From Syncephalis fuscata S228 (Eukaryota; Fungi; Zoopagomycota): a stretch of DNA of 64,000 nt. The first letter of the stretch is position 1. Each line of letters starts with the position of its first letter. The stretch lies in NCBI GenBank assembly GCA_025786725.1, contig JAHLTZ010000048.1, forward strand, positions 72,575 through 136,574. Reading direction: 5' to 3'. Under the pieces are notes generated by a model. That model was not told where the DNA came from and did no database searches. It saw nothing but the letters and a program-made list of their open reading frames with translations. Positions 1-12,737 of this stretch are shown one piece after another. The translations under genes and the position numbers were made by a program.

Positions 1-459
1 GCACTCAGTTGTAGGGGGAGTGATTGGTGGTCGTATAGTTGGAGGCTCAGTTGTTGGAGGAGTTGTTGGAGGTTGTACAGTTGGAGGCTCAGTTGTTGGT
101 GGCGTAGTTGGAGGTTGTACGGTTGGAGGCTCAGTTGTTGGAGGCGTAGTTGGTGGCTGTACGGTTGGAGGTTGTACGGTTGGAGGCTCAGTTGTTGGAG
201 GCGTAGTTGGTGGCTGTACGGTTGGAGGCTCAGTTGTTGGAGGCGTAGTTGGAGGCTCAGTAGTTGGAGGCTCAGTAGTTGGCGGCGTAGTTGGTGGCTC
301 AGTAGTTGGAGGAAGTGGAGCAATAGCTGGTGGATCTTGCTGCTGGAAAACAAGGTCATTTCCTACTGCTATATCTCTCTTTAAAGGAGCAACAGCATTG
401 CTTAGTGTCGCTGCAGACACCAGCAAAGATACTAAAAGTATAGTGCAGCCAAACTTCAT
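1..459 (-). CDS. Secreted Pro/Thr-rich mucin-like repeat protein, 5' part (runs off the window)
   Basis: Minus-strand ATG at 459 gives MKFGCTILLVSLLVSAATLSNAVAPLKRDIAVGNDLVFQQQDPPAIAPLPPTTEPPTTPPTTEPPTVQPP...; signal peptide, KR dibasic site, PPTTE/PPTVQ/PPTT repeats; frame open to base 1. The + strand ORFs are its antisense shadows. Confidence 0.85.
   Translation of the reverse strand, partial: MKFGCTILLVSLLVSAATLSNAVAPLKRDIAVGNDLVFQQQDPPAIAPLPPTTEPPTTPPTTEPPTTEPPTTPPTTEPPTVQPPTTPPTTEPPTVQPPTVQPPTTPPTTEPPTVQPPTTPPTTEPPTVQPPTTPPTTEPPTIRPPITPPTTEC
8..311. repeat. Coding tandem repeat (12/15-bp units, e.g. GGAGGCTCAGTTGTT / GGAGGTTGTACGGTT)
   Basis: Directly visible; encodes PPTTE/PPTVQ/PPTT on the minus strand. 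Confidence 0.9.
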
Positions 460-1526
460 TTTGGCTACAATAATAAGTTATTTATTTGCAGTATTGATTT
501 GTATAATAAAACTAGTCAATGTTGGATATAATTTAAAAATGTGATAACGCCAGACTGGTATTTATGCAACAACTAAGCGCAATTAAAAATATATTCAAAT
601 GGTTCTAAGATTGTTCCTGCATGTCTCGTTTCCCTGGCTTGTTCAGGCGAGTGTAAGTCCTATGTATGTAATCGGCCCCTTTGTAAATGAAATCGGCCCC
701 TGTTAAACTTACTATAACTGTATTGGTAAAGTTTCCTTAGCAATGGCTTTATTGCCAATCAAATCGCCGTTTAAGGCTACTCAGGGGCAATAGCGCCAAA
801 GGAGATGAGTAAATTGGGAAACGCTTTGACTACGGGCTCAATACATATACAAAGGAGTACGCTTTAGATGCATGGTTGTTAGGATAACCGAAGCTGTGTG
901 CTTTGCCTGCCTGTACCCCCCTGTAATGTAGAATATCCATGCTGAACATGGATAGAGATACAGGTGTTATATAACATTATCTATTATTGAATTGTTTTAC
1001 TGATTGACTGATTAATAACTAATGATAGTATTTTAGTTATTATAAAAGTGCAAAGTTGATATTTAATTTGAGGACTGATTTATTTTGATATCATTAACTT
1101 TATAATCAACAAAACAATAGAGTATTGTATTTTATTGTGCTGTTTATTAGCTAATCCAATTTATAACTAATAAGAAATTACTAAACAAAAATATTTATAT
1201 TAATAAATAATTTAAAGCATTAAAACATTTAAAACATTGTGCTCATATTACTAAAATGGGTAAATCGATCTACGTAGTCTGTACAATAATTACAAAAGCA
1301 ACATGTAAATAAGATACAGTGATATTACATCATATTTTACATCACACTGAAGGTCATTTATACACATTAATTTGAATCTTGGCATTGGCCAAGTCTTGGC
1401 GAGCAATGATATAGTAAATGTAAATAAATTCATTTTTATTCTCAGGAGTTTTTTAATTATAATATAAATATTAAGCTTAGTGTTATGCGTTGACACTCGT
1501 TGTTAAAACATAGTAAACCGTTAATA

Positions 1527-2200
1527 ATGCAGTATTTCTCTCTATTTGTGGCGTCACTTGCGTTTGTTGCTTCCATACACGGCGCAAATGCTGCGGCCGT
1601 ACAGCAAACTGATGTAGCCTTACCACAAGCCGATGTAACTTTACCGCAAACTGATGGCCGTACTCAGTCATCAGGTCTCAACTGTTTAAATTGCCCTCTT
1701 GCCGTAAGCTGCAGTTCTTGTCCAACAGGTTTTGTATGTGTCGTCAAACCAGGCAACTGTTACGTATGCCCAACAGCGGTATGCGTCCGGCCTCATAACA
1801 ATGGCGACGAAGATCCATTTGATAAAGACCATCATCTTGGCGACTTTGATCCATTCCACAGGGACCATCACTTTGGCGGCGAAGATCCATTCAACAGGAC
1901 CATCACTTTGGCGGCGAAGATCCATTCAACAGAGACCATCACTTTGGCGGTTTTGATCCATTCCACAGGGACCATCACTTTGGCGGTTTTGATCCATTTG
2001 GCAACCATTTTCCACATGATCCATTCTACGCAGGAGCACTACTTCCTTGGTGGCTGCACCAACGACCATACGGTGACTGGTCATGGGACCATGATCATAA
2101 CGATCTTGATCACTTTGGCGGTGGACTGGATCCATTCGATAACGATGAAGAGCACTATAAAAACAAACAAGTAAATGGCGTACAGTCTCCTACTGTATAA
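1527..2200 (+). CDS. Secreted protein with Opy2-like 8-Cys domain and His-rich 12-aa repeats (DPFxRDHHFGGx); 1-bp frameshift at ~1897
   Basis: Signal peptide MQYFSLFVASLAFVASIHGANA; CLNCPLAVSCSSCPTGFVCVVKPGNCYVCPTAVC; 36-bp repeats. The third unit reads AACAGGAC where others read CACAGGGAC/AACAGAGAC. Restoring one base continues DHHFGGEDPFNRDHHFGGFDPF...VQSPTV to TAA at 2198-2200. Confidence 0.8.
1812..2000 (+). repeat. 36-bp coding tandem repeat, ~5 copies
   Basis: GATCCATTC(C/A)ACAG(G/A)GACCATCACTTTGGCGG(CGAA/TTTT) repeated. Confidence 0.9.
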
Positions 2201-2504
2201 TTTCAACTATGTGTTCCAATTGAGCTATACTAAATCATTAAATAAAACTTCAATTCTCCAGTTTATTGAATGTGATATCGCTATCATTTCATTCCATATT
2301 TATTTATTTGCTATAAATACTATAGCATTAGTAATAACTGCAACGACAGCAATGGCCGACTGCACAATGTCGTCATGAGCCCTGGCCACCACTATTATTC
2401 CATATATTGTCTTATCGCTTCTTTCATCTATCGCTTCTTCCTTTCACTCCACTGTATTCATGTGACAAGAAGACTGTAACGGGTTTTTCTTAAATATATA
2501 TCGC

Positions 2505-2752
2505 ATTCTGATTGGACCACGCTGATTCGCTGCCTATTTTCTCACTAAATGCTTACTGATTGGTGCATTTTTGCCAAATCACATAGTCTCACAAGCCGTT
2601 GCTCCTTCTAACACCTCCCACCAACCAGACGCTTTTACTTTCCTTCCTCTTCAATCAATACGCACTAAAATAGCCACCCACTTTTAGGCCATCCCGCCCA
2701 CCAACCAGACGTCTTCTTTTCTCCTGTGCTTATTCGCTAGCCAACCGGACTT
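2505..2752 (+). promoter_or_regulatory. Putative HAP2 promoter: two inverted CCAAT boxes and a repeated CCCACCAACCAGACG element
   Basis: CTGATTGG at ~2508 and ~2556; CCCACCAACCAGACG at ~2617 and ~2697, variant GCCAACCGGAC at ~2740; pyrimidine-rich tracts. Confidence 0.4.
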
Positions 2753-3331
2753 TTCCTGTGGTCCACTCATATTGCCGCATTGTCAGGTTAGCACGGCTTT
2801 TGTTGGCCAACAGACGGTTATACAAGCAGCAAGTTACTTTTGCAGTAAAAGTGCAAGTTGCTGCTTTTCTTGTAGACGAATCGCAGTACACGATAGGAAC
2901 TAGCCTGGTAAGTAACCGACTGTTTATGCAGCAACTGCATAGCTGTCTGCATTCGCTTTCCTGTACTGTCGACTACGCAAGGGCTGCTTGTCGTGAATCA
3001 TTGATTTGTTTTGGCTGTTACGCCAGGTGTCATAGTACGACGAACCAGCTATTGCCTACCGGCAGCTTGCTGCATAGTGTCGCGACTCCTTGAGGAAGGA
3101 GGAAGAGAGGAGGAGGACGACGACGACCAAGCTGAAAAGGAAACAGACTGATGCTCCCACTGTGCAGACAACGAGGCTACTGGTGCTAACGGCTGCTTTG
3201 TTTAGATTACTACTACTACTACTACTACTACTACTACGCATATAGTCGCGACTTGTAACGTAGATTGGCTTGTCAATTTTTTTCGAATCAACAAACACGT
3301 CAGCAATCACAAAAATAGTAGCATTTATAAT

Positions 3332-4265
3332 ATGTCCTATTCTACTTCCAGCGGTAATGGCAATCACGTATCTGCCACTCATGTCCATGGCGGCAATCCA
3401 TCGCCGGTAGCCGCGGCCGCGGCAGCAGCGGCGGCAGCAGCAGCCGGTGTAGCATCTCCAAACGGTGTACCCGCCTCACCCACTTACGCACCGCCACTAT
3501 CGCCGTATCAAATGATGATGCCAACGCAAATGCTTGGCTATCGTATGCCGGCACCGCTATCAAGTGGTTCGACAGGCAGTGTACCTACAAATGCATCCGC
3601 CATTGACTCTGTATCGCATATATCGGCAATGCAGCCACAGCAGGAGGAAGAGCCGCTTTACGTGAATGCAAAACAGTATCATCGTATTTTGAAACGACGT
3701 GCTGTTCGTGCTCGTCTTGAAGAGCAGAATCGACTTGCCAAACAACGCAAGGTAAGCAGAACAAACAAACAAAAAATAGACGGCTACTATTGCTATGTCA
3801 ATATTCGTTATTTTTCTACTTTCAACTTGCTTACCATTGCATCTATAGCCTTATTTACACGAATCGCGACATCGACACGCTATGCGACGACCTCGTGGGC
3901 CAGGTGGTCGTTTTCTTACAGCGGCTGAGATTGCCGAACTTGAGAACAAAAAGCCGGGTGAAGAACATTTAGGCCATGATGATATGTCAATGCTAGGCAG
4001 TTCAGATCACTTGCACATTAAGCGAGAACACGATCGTCACGAGATGGAACCGCATGAACATGTGCTACTTCGACAAAATATTCTTAGTGCAGCCGATCTA
4101 GCCAATGGCAATCACCACCATCATCCAGCCACTCTACTACCAGATACGCATCACCAGGCAAAAGCGAAGCGGCCTCGCCGTTCATCAAAGACCGAAGGAT
4201 TAAGCAATGTACCCATGCTTGGACAGCAAGGCAATGGCACAGCCAAACCAAATGGCGCCAATTAG
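3332..4265 (+). CDS. HAP2: CCAAT-binding transcription factor subunit (Hap2/HapB/NF-YA)
   Basis: EEPLYVNAKQYHRILKRRAVRARLE...RK | intron 3752-3848 | PYLHESRHRHAMRRPRGPGGRFLTAAE, the canonical NF-YA core. Probable 5'-UTR intron 2908-3205 (GTAAGT...GCTAAC...TTTAG). Confidence 0.95.
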
Positions 4266-4949
4266 CAACTAATAACTCGTTTCATTTATTAGATGGATTA
4301 CATTGAATAGTTACATTATGTGTAGCCAATTCCATCGCTGTTATTATTGTCGTCGTCTTTATTTTGACATCTTTTGTACATCTTTTTTTGTTTGTTGCTG
4401 TCATCGTTATTACTGACGGATGAGTGTCTATGTGTGTGCACACCTATGCTTATAAATGACAGAGATTACAGTATGGTTGATGTTTTCTTCTTCTACTTTT
4501 ACTACTACTTTTAAAGAGTAATAGTAATACTCGTTTTTTATCTATTGAATCTAATGGATCACCATTGATTTATTTGTTTTTGCCTTCACTTTAGCCAGAA
4601 TAAAATTATGAACGAAATGATATCAATAGTATTTATTTATATTTAATTTAGACGAATAAATTATGTCAATATTAATACATAATTTGTATTTATTTTATTT
4701 GTGTGTGGATGCAATCTTAAAAAGAAAAAAAGAAAAAAGAAAAATAGCTTTTCTTCTACACTCTTTTCTTTCAATAGTCGCCGACCATAACGACAACAAC
4801 AACAACAACAACAACAATAGTAGCCACTATCCGTTATACTATTTTCTTTTACGAATTGAGCTGTTGTTTTTATTGCTGTTATTATTATTAGTACACCTCC
4901 TAAGGGTCTTTAGACAATAATATTGTTGTTAGATTGCACCTTCTAGTCC

Positions 4950-7900
4950 ATGGTCAGTGTGGATCGTAAAGATACGTCAACGATGACGGCAAAAGGTGGA
5001 CAAAAGAAACGCCATGCCAGTGATGCAGAGGCAACACGCCCAGCTAAGAAGCAAGCAGCTAATGCTAAGAAGCAGAATGCTTCTACTACGGCATCTGCAC
5101 CTGCACCACCAACTACAAGTGCAACAACAGCCATCGTGCAAGACTTTCCTCGTGGTGGTGGCACAGGTATGACACCCATTGAATACCGTAATGTGGTTAA
5201 ACAGGCTGAACGTGATTTATTTGGCGAAGTAAGTCTATTAAAACGATTAAATGTTAATTAACCATAGCCATATTAATCAACAAATGCATTGTTATTAGAA
5301 TGAAACACCAAACAACAACAAATCATTAGATCCATCGAAGAAAAAGCAACAACGCACGCCATTAACAGATGAACAACATAAAGAACGTAAAAGACAACAA
5401 CGCGAACGCCGCAATGTGAAGAAACATAAACAAGAGTCACAAACAACAGCTGATACTTCAAAGACCACTGATGATGATACTGAAGACTATACCGGTCCAC
5501 ATCATGTAGCCGGATTAACATTCAAGGTATGAATCCATTACACTGATTGTTATTAATATAGTTACTAACGCATTAATACATTAATAATAGAGATTGGCTA
5601 TTGGTACATTGTTACTGGGTATGATTAACAAGATTGGCGATCTTCATTTGACAGTCGCCTTACCCAATAATCTAACGGGTCGAGTGGCCATTACTGAAAT
5701 ATCTAATGAAATCACCCGTCGAGTTGAAGCAGCCGCATTAAATGACGACTCAGATGCTAGTGGTAATGACAGCGATGCTGATAATGATGCCATGGATGTC
5801 GATAATACACAAGCATCTACTCGCGGTCTACCCAATCTATCATCCATGTTCCATGTTGGTCAATGGGTTCGATGTGCCGTGGTAGGTCTTGAGTCAAATG
5901 ACGAAGAAACAGATGGTAGATCCAAATCGAATGTCGGTCGTAAAAAGGCTCGTAAGCATATTGATCTAAGTCTTCGTGTTGATCAAGTCAACTCCAGTGT
6001 TGCACCACTTGATCTTATTATCGGCTTTACCATTACAGCAGCCATTACAAGTCTCGAAGATCATGGCTATCTACTTGATATAGGCATGGCTAATAAAACG
6101 GCCTTTTTATCCCGTAAAGAAGCGAGTGAATACGAGACACGCTACAATAATGGCCGTCCATTACAGTCGGGTCAGCCTATTGTTGTTATGCTTATCGATA
6201 GTGCCACCAATACATCCGCCCGTGTCCTACAAGTAACTGCTGATCCAGATCGTATTACTAAAGCAGTCATTAGTGAACCCCTCTCTAATGTACAATCATT
6301 ATTGCCGGGTGAGCTCGTTAATGCACGTATTACACGTGTACTCCCTAATGGACTGGCCTGTCGGGTACTTGAATTCTTTGATGCCACTATTGACATTATG
6401 CACATTCCTCGTATCATGACTGCCACTTCAAGTGAATCAGCTCTACGTCAAAAGTACAAACCAGGTGACAAGGTAATTTATATACTAATAACTAACGATT
6501 GAATACTAATAATATGCGATAGATTGTTGGACGCATTCTATACGTTTCATTGTCATTGGCTCATAAATCCATTGCACTTACTTTATTGCCCCATGCATTG
6601 GACAATGGACCACCTACTCTATCATTACCCGAGATGAAGCAGGAACAACAACAACAACAACAACAACCATCGAATCTATCCAATATTGGATATGGTACTA
6701 TTATTGAACAAGTAACTGTACGTAAAGTAGAGAATGCTATTGGATTATGGTGCAATATGGCCAGTATGCCTGATACGCCAGCCTTTGTTCATGTAAGTTG
6801 ATTAGTCTATTTAATAAATATAAATGCTAATGTTAATATATCGAATAGATTTCCCGTGTATCTGATCGTCATTTACAAAACTTATCTACGGGTAATTGGG
6901 CACCTAATACAGTACATCGTGGTCGCATCGTTGGATATGACCCTGTTGATGGTGTTGTCCAACTATCTTTACAAGCATCTGTACTTGGCTGTGCCTATTT
7001 ACAGATTAGTGATCTACCGGCCGGAGAGAAGATTAAATGCACGGTTAAGAAGCTAACTGCTCATGGCATGGTGGTTGATATCACCGATACACCATTAACA
7101 GGATTTGTTCCATTAATGCATCTAGCCGATGTTGCCCTACTTAAACCAGAGAAGAAGTTTAAACATGGTGACCGTATTGTGGCCCGTGTTCTATCCACTG
7201 ATGTTACAGAGAACCGTGTACTATTAACACTTAAACGTACACTGATTCAATCGGACTTGCCACTATTAACCCAATACACTGAGGCACCTATGGGTGAATT
7301 TGTTCATGGCTACATCACTGCAGTTAAACCATTTGGCTGTACTATTGGATTCTACAATTCAGTTAGGGCACTCTGTCCCTCCGAGAACTAAGGTAGCCAA
7401 TAGTATAGCGAGTAATTCTATTTACTAATAATATGTCTAGTGAAACGATGATAGAGAATCCGCAACAACATTTCCAAGTGGGCCAACCGGTGCGTTGCCG
7501 TATTCTATCCGTTGATCCAGCTCAAGAGCGTATGAGAGTCAGTCTACGTACTCATGTCTCTATGTTTAAACCTGAACAATGGTCAGCCATTCAAGTGGGC
7601 CAATTGGTTAAGGGCCGTATTGTAGAGATCAGTTCCGATCATATTTGGCTATCTCTCGTTGAATCAAACATACGAGCTGCATTACCATTGGGTCATTTAT
7701 CAGATCATTTGACACCAGCCCATTTACAACGTATCCATTCTACTTTAGTGGTGGATCAAATGTTGGATCAATTAGTTGTTGTGGCTAAACAAGAATCACG
7801 TGGTCATTTACTCGTATCACGTAAACCACTGTTGATTCATAGTGTGACATCGAATACTGTACCCACTAGTATTGATTCCATCAATGTTGGTGATATCCTT

Positions 7901-10900
7901 CCTGGTTATGTAGGCAATGTCACTGAACATGGTGTATTTGTCAATTTATTGAGTGGTCATAATGCAAGAGTGGCCAAATCTTATTTATCTGACCAATTTA
8001 TTGCATCACCTTCAGATCATTTTACACCACAACAATCTGTATTGGGTAAAGTGACGCGTATTGATCGTGAACAACAACGAATCGACATCACATTGAAGCG
8101 ATCCATTGTACAGCCTACCATTGAACAGAGCCATCTCTTTATTCAATCCTATTTTGAGACTGAATTGACAACGACATCGATTACAGATATTGCGCCAGGT
8201 CAATTAATAGATGGTACAATTGAACAACAACAGCCATTTGGATGGATTGTACAACTTGAACATGGTCTATCCGGTTTCATTACTCTCGATCAATGTAAAG
8301 GTAAGCTATTATATAGATAATATACTATAGATGCATGTTAATTGGATGATTAGATATGACCTATAAGGTTGGTGATAAGATAAAGGCTCGTGTATTGGAT
8401 GTCGATCATGAACGAAAGATCGTTGATTTATCGGTTAAACCTGTCCTTGTTAATATACCTGAAGAGGGCAAGAATAAGAAGAATAAGAAGAAGAAGTCGG
8501 CCAAGACTGCCACTGCTGAGCAATTGGCCACGATTGAATTAATTAAGGAAGACTATTTGGTATTGTCGCTACCTCAATTAAACTATCAAATTGCTTTCAT
8601 GGCCACTAAAACATTTAATCAACGAGAGAAGCCGTTTATGCGTTATAAACCAGGTCAACAAATAACAATTCATTTACTGCCTGAATCAACCTTGCCTCAT
8701 CGTGTATTGGCTACTATGATGACGAATACTGAATCTACATCCACCAGTGGTAATAATAATAACACTAGTAATAACACTAGTAATAACACTAGTGAAGCAA
8801 CACAACATCTACTTAATATTGCTGGTATTGATTTATCAACACGTCAATTACAATCACCAATTGATGGATCACTTACTATTATGGCCGATCTTCATCCAGG
8901 TCGTCAAACAAGTGTGCGCGTATTATCGGTCAAACAAGCACAGATCAATGTACAATTGGCCGATAACTTAAAGGGCCGTATTCATATGACGGAGTTATTT
9001 GATAACTTTAATGATATTCCTGATCCACAACATCCATTGGCTCATTTCAAATCAGGCCAATTATTAGAGGATGCTACTGTTGTTGGATGGCATAGTATAC
9101 GTAGTCATAAAACACTAGCGATTAGTCATCAGAATGCTACAGCTGGTGAAGCCGTTGATTTAACACTTCGACATCATGAACAACAGCCATATACACCGCT
9201 AACGATCAAAGATATGAAGGTGAATGACACGGTTATTGGATTTGTTAAAAAGATTCAAGATAACTACATCACCGTATGTGCAGCTATCGAGCCATCATCA
9301 GCAAGTAATATGCGTATTGAAGCATTAGCTGTATCACGTCATATGGATACAGTACAACACCTTGCACGCTACTTCACCAAGAATATGGCTGTTCATTGTC
9401 GTGTACTCAATGTTCATCCCACAAAGTGTCATATTACACTAGGGGTCATTTCCGGTGACCATCCACCTATTCTCTCGTTTGATGATATTCAATTGGGTGA
9501 TATCATTGCGGGCCAGGTTCATTCGATTAATGCCGAACATGGTTTAAGTATTCATTTGGGTCGTGGTATATTTGGTCGTGTTGGTCTATGTGATCTATTT
9601 GATGATTATAAAGAGGATCCAACAACATCATTTACTAAACAGCAATTAGTAGCCTGTGCAGTCATTTCGCTTGATAAAGAGAAGAATCATATTCAATTAT
9701 CGCTACGTCCCTCGGAAGTGTCACCAGATACTGCCTCTACTATTGTACACCCGATACTTAAATCGGCGAGTGACGTTACACCCGGTGATTTAGTATATGG
9801 CTATGTACGTCGTATTACCGATAAAGGTTGTTTTGTCAGTCTAGGACGTGGTCAATTCGATGCTATGGTTAAAATTACCGATATGTCCGACCAATTTATT
9901 AAAGATTGGAAGTCATTGGTTAAAGTAGGACAGCGTGTACAGGGACGTATTCAACGGTAAGTACCTAAATATAAATAGATCAATAGGTGTATTAATATTA
10001 TAATAGTGTGGATGCATTATCGAATCAAGTACAAATGTCGCTTAAATCATCGAGTGTCACCGGTAATGGACGTCGTGCTTTAAGTGATTTTAAGAAAGGC
10101 GAAAAAGTCAAGGCTATTGTAAAGCGTATTGAATCATTTGGTATTATGCTAGATATTGATAATAGCAGTGCCAGTGGTCTATGTCACATCTCCGAGGTAG
10201 CTGATACACCTATTGATGATTTGAAACAAGTCTATTCAGTGGGTGATCAAGTTAAAGCGGTTATACTTCAAGTGAACAAGAAGCAGAAACGAATTTCATT
10301 TGGTTTAAAAGCAACTTATTTTACTAATGAAGATATTATTTCTGATAGTGAAGAAGAAGAAGATGATGATGATGAGGAGGAGGAGGAGGATAATGAAGAT
10401 GAACAAGATGATAGCGAAAATGATGATGATGAAGATGAAGATGAGGAAGATGAGGATGATGAAGATGGTGAAGATGGTGAAGATGTAGACATGTCGGATG
10501 TAGAACAGAATGAAAGTGAAGATGAAACTATGCAAGATACACCAGCACTGTCACTTGATCTTCAAGGATTTAGTTGGGATGGTGCCAATGATGATTCAGA
10601 TTCAGAAATACAATTAGAAGCATTAACATTATCTGATTCAGATCAAGAAAAGGAATCGACTAGTAAAAAGAGCAAAAAGTCAAAGAAGAAAGAAATTGAC
10701 TGGGATGTGACAGATGTGACGGCAGACTTGGCTGATTCAGCACCGACTACAGCAGCTGATTATGAACGTTTATTGGTTGGCTCACCGAATAGCTCCTATT
10801 TATGGGTCAACTATATGGCATTCCAACTGCAAATGTCTGAAGTTGATCGGGCTCGTGAAATTGCTGAACGAGCACTTGGCACAATTAATATGCGTGAAGG

Positions 10901-11706
10901 CCAGGAACGGGCCAATATTTGGCTAGCTCTACTTAATCTTGAAAACAAATACGGTACGACGGAATCACTGGATACTGCCTTTCAAAAAGCACTACAAGCC
11001 AATGATCCCAAACATATTACGATGCAACTCGTCGGTATTTACGAACAATCTGATAAATTTGAGGTAAGTTTTTAATTTAGATTAGTAGGGCAATTATTAA
11101 AATGATTTATTAGATGGCTGAGACATTGTACAAGACTATGACAAAAAAGTTTAGTACCAGCGCCAAAGTATGGACTCGTTTTGGTCTTTACTATCTGCGA
11201 CAGAATAAAATTGATGCATCGCGTCAACTGTTGCAACGTTCACTCAAATCACTACCTAAACGAAAGCGTAAGTTGAACCTTATTAATGTTTGATTAGTTA
11301 CTAATAGTAGTATTTTTTATAGATATTAAGGTGATTAGTCGATTTGCTCAGATGGAATTCAAGCATGGTGAACCTGAACGTGGCCGTACCATCTTCGAAG
11401 GTATTATGAATAATTACCCGAAACGACTCGATTTATGGTCAGTCTATCTTGATATGGAGATACGCACAAAAGAAGAGTCGATTATTCGGTAAGTATAAAT
11501 GGGCTTAGGATTGAATACATTTAGCTAATATAGCTATCTTTTTCTTGTTTAGACGTCTTTTCCAACGGGTTATTTCGCTAAAGTTTTCATCGAAAAAGAT
11601 GAAGTTTTTATTTAAGAAATGGTTACAGTGGGAGCAGTCCATTGGATCAGAGGAAGGCGAGGCCGAAGTAAAACGACAAGCACTTGCCTACGTGCAATCT
11701 GTCTAA
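4950..11706 (+). CDS. RRP5: rRNA biogenesis protein Rrp5/PDCD11 (multiple S1 domains, C-terminal HAT/TPR), multi-exon; 1-bp frameshift at ~7378
   Basis: N-terminal DFPRGG; repeated S1 motifs; acidic linker; DYERLLVGSPNSSYLWVNYMAFQLQMSEVDRAREIAERALGTINMRE; FAQMEFKHGEPERGRTIFEG; KKMKFLFKKWLQWE; stop TAA 11704-11706. Confidence 0.95.
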
Positions 11707-11788
11707 TAATAACCATATTAACCATAGCAATAATAGCGATAATAAAATATTTGATTTGAGTAAAAGTTTATTTTAGTTAGTTACATGG

Positions 11789-12737
11789 CTAGTAAAGACG
11801 ATGAGCAGGCCAATGATAATTGATAATGACAGCACTGTCATTATCGCTATTATTTGCAGATGATGAATTGGTTGTATATTGACTGTCGTAAAAGTCAGTT
11901 GAATCATTCGTTTCAATTGTACTATTTACACCTATCGATGAATGACTAGCAATTGATGTTGATTGATAGGCTGTACAGCCAGTGCTATTACTTGATTCAT
12001 TTGATGACAATGTACAATAGTAGATAGGCGATGATGTAGAGCTTGATACTGTAACATTATGTATGCCTAATGATGGACTACTACTTCTTAATTGGTGGCT
12101 ATTTACGGCGGGTAATTCGTGATAAGATGTTGATACTTTACCGCGATGGAATATACCTGGTGGCTTAATAATGGATGGTGGTAGTGTATACAACTAGTAA
12201 ATACCATTAATGTAATGCTTCTATTAATTAATAGTTACTTGCTGTTAATCGAGTGGATTCCAATTCACTGGCTGACTATGATTAAGTTAAATGTATGGTT
12301 AGCAGATAGTATGGCTTATTGCTAAGATGTTACTACATTTAACGGTTTATTGTGCTGTTTTTCGTGTAGTTTGTAACACGGTGGTTCATTTAATGCTTTG
12401 CGGATATGGCGTTGGATTGACGCTAGCCATAGAGGCAGTGGATGCTATTAAAGTATGTAGTTAATGCATATATCTGGATATATAGTCGAATAGACCTACT
12501 TCAGCTGTTAATAGTGTTATAGGTGGCGATATATCTAACCTATCAATGTTAGCTATTATAATATAACTATTGCTTTACTTTACCTGTAGATGGTTGCCAA
12601 ATAGTTGGCATATAGACAGTAGACAGGGATACGGGCGAGGATCTATCGTTAAATACGGGATCGATTGGCAATATACTTTGTTGTTGTTGCTCTCGCAGAT
12701 AACGCTCGACTTGTTCATTTTTATATTCAATATTCAT
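11789..12737 (-). CDS. Hypothetical multi-exon protein with Ser/Thr-rich C-terminus
   Basis: ATG 12737 (MNIEYKNEQVERYLREQQQQ...), splice-compatible exons DISPPITLLTAE, HPLPLWLASIQRHIRKALNEPPCYKL..., SASELESTRLT, then the 11789-12193 ORF. No recognisable family. Confidence 0.5.

Noticed and set aside
20-544. + strand Gly/Val-rich and Trp/Arg-rich ORFs
   Set aside because: Antisense shadows of the minus-strand Pro/Thr gene, which has a signal peptide and a true ATG.
1812-2000. 36-bp repeats as a CRISPR array or dikaritin-type RiPP precursor
   Set aside because: Eukaryotic coding repeat without unique spacers; no KR/RR sites between units; no DUF3328-like tailoring gene nearby.
7892-7900. ATATCCTT resembling a U12 5' splice site
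   Set aside because: Lies within an open conserved S1 domain (GDILPGYV) of RRP5; no intron is needed.
10340-10530. GAT/GAA/GAG repeat tract and its hydrophobic antisense ORF
   Set aside because: Ordinary acidic linker of Rrp5.
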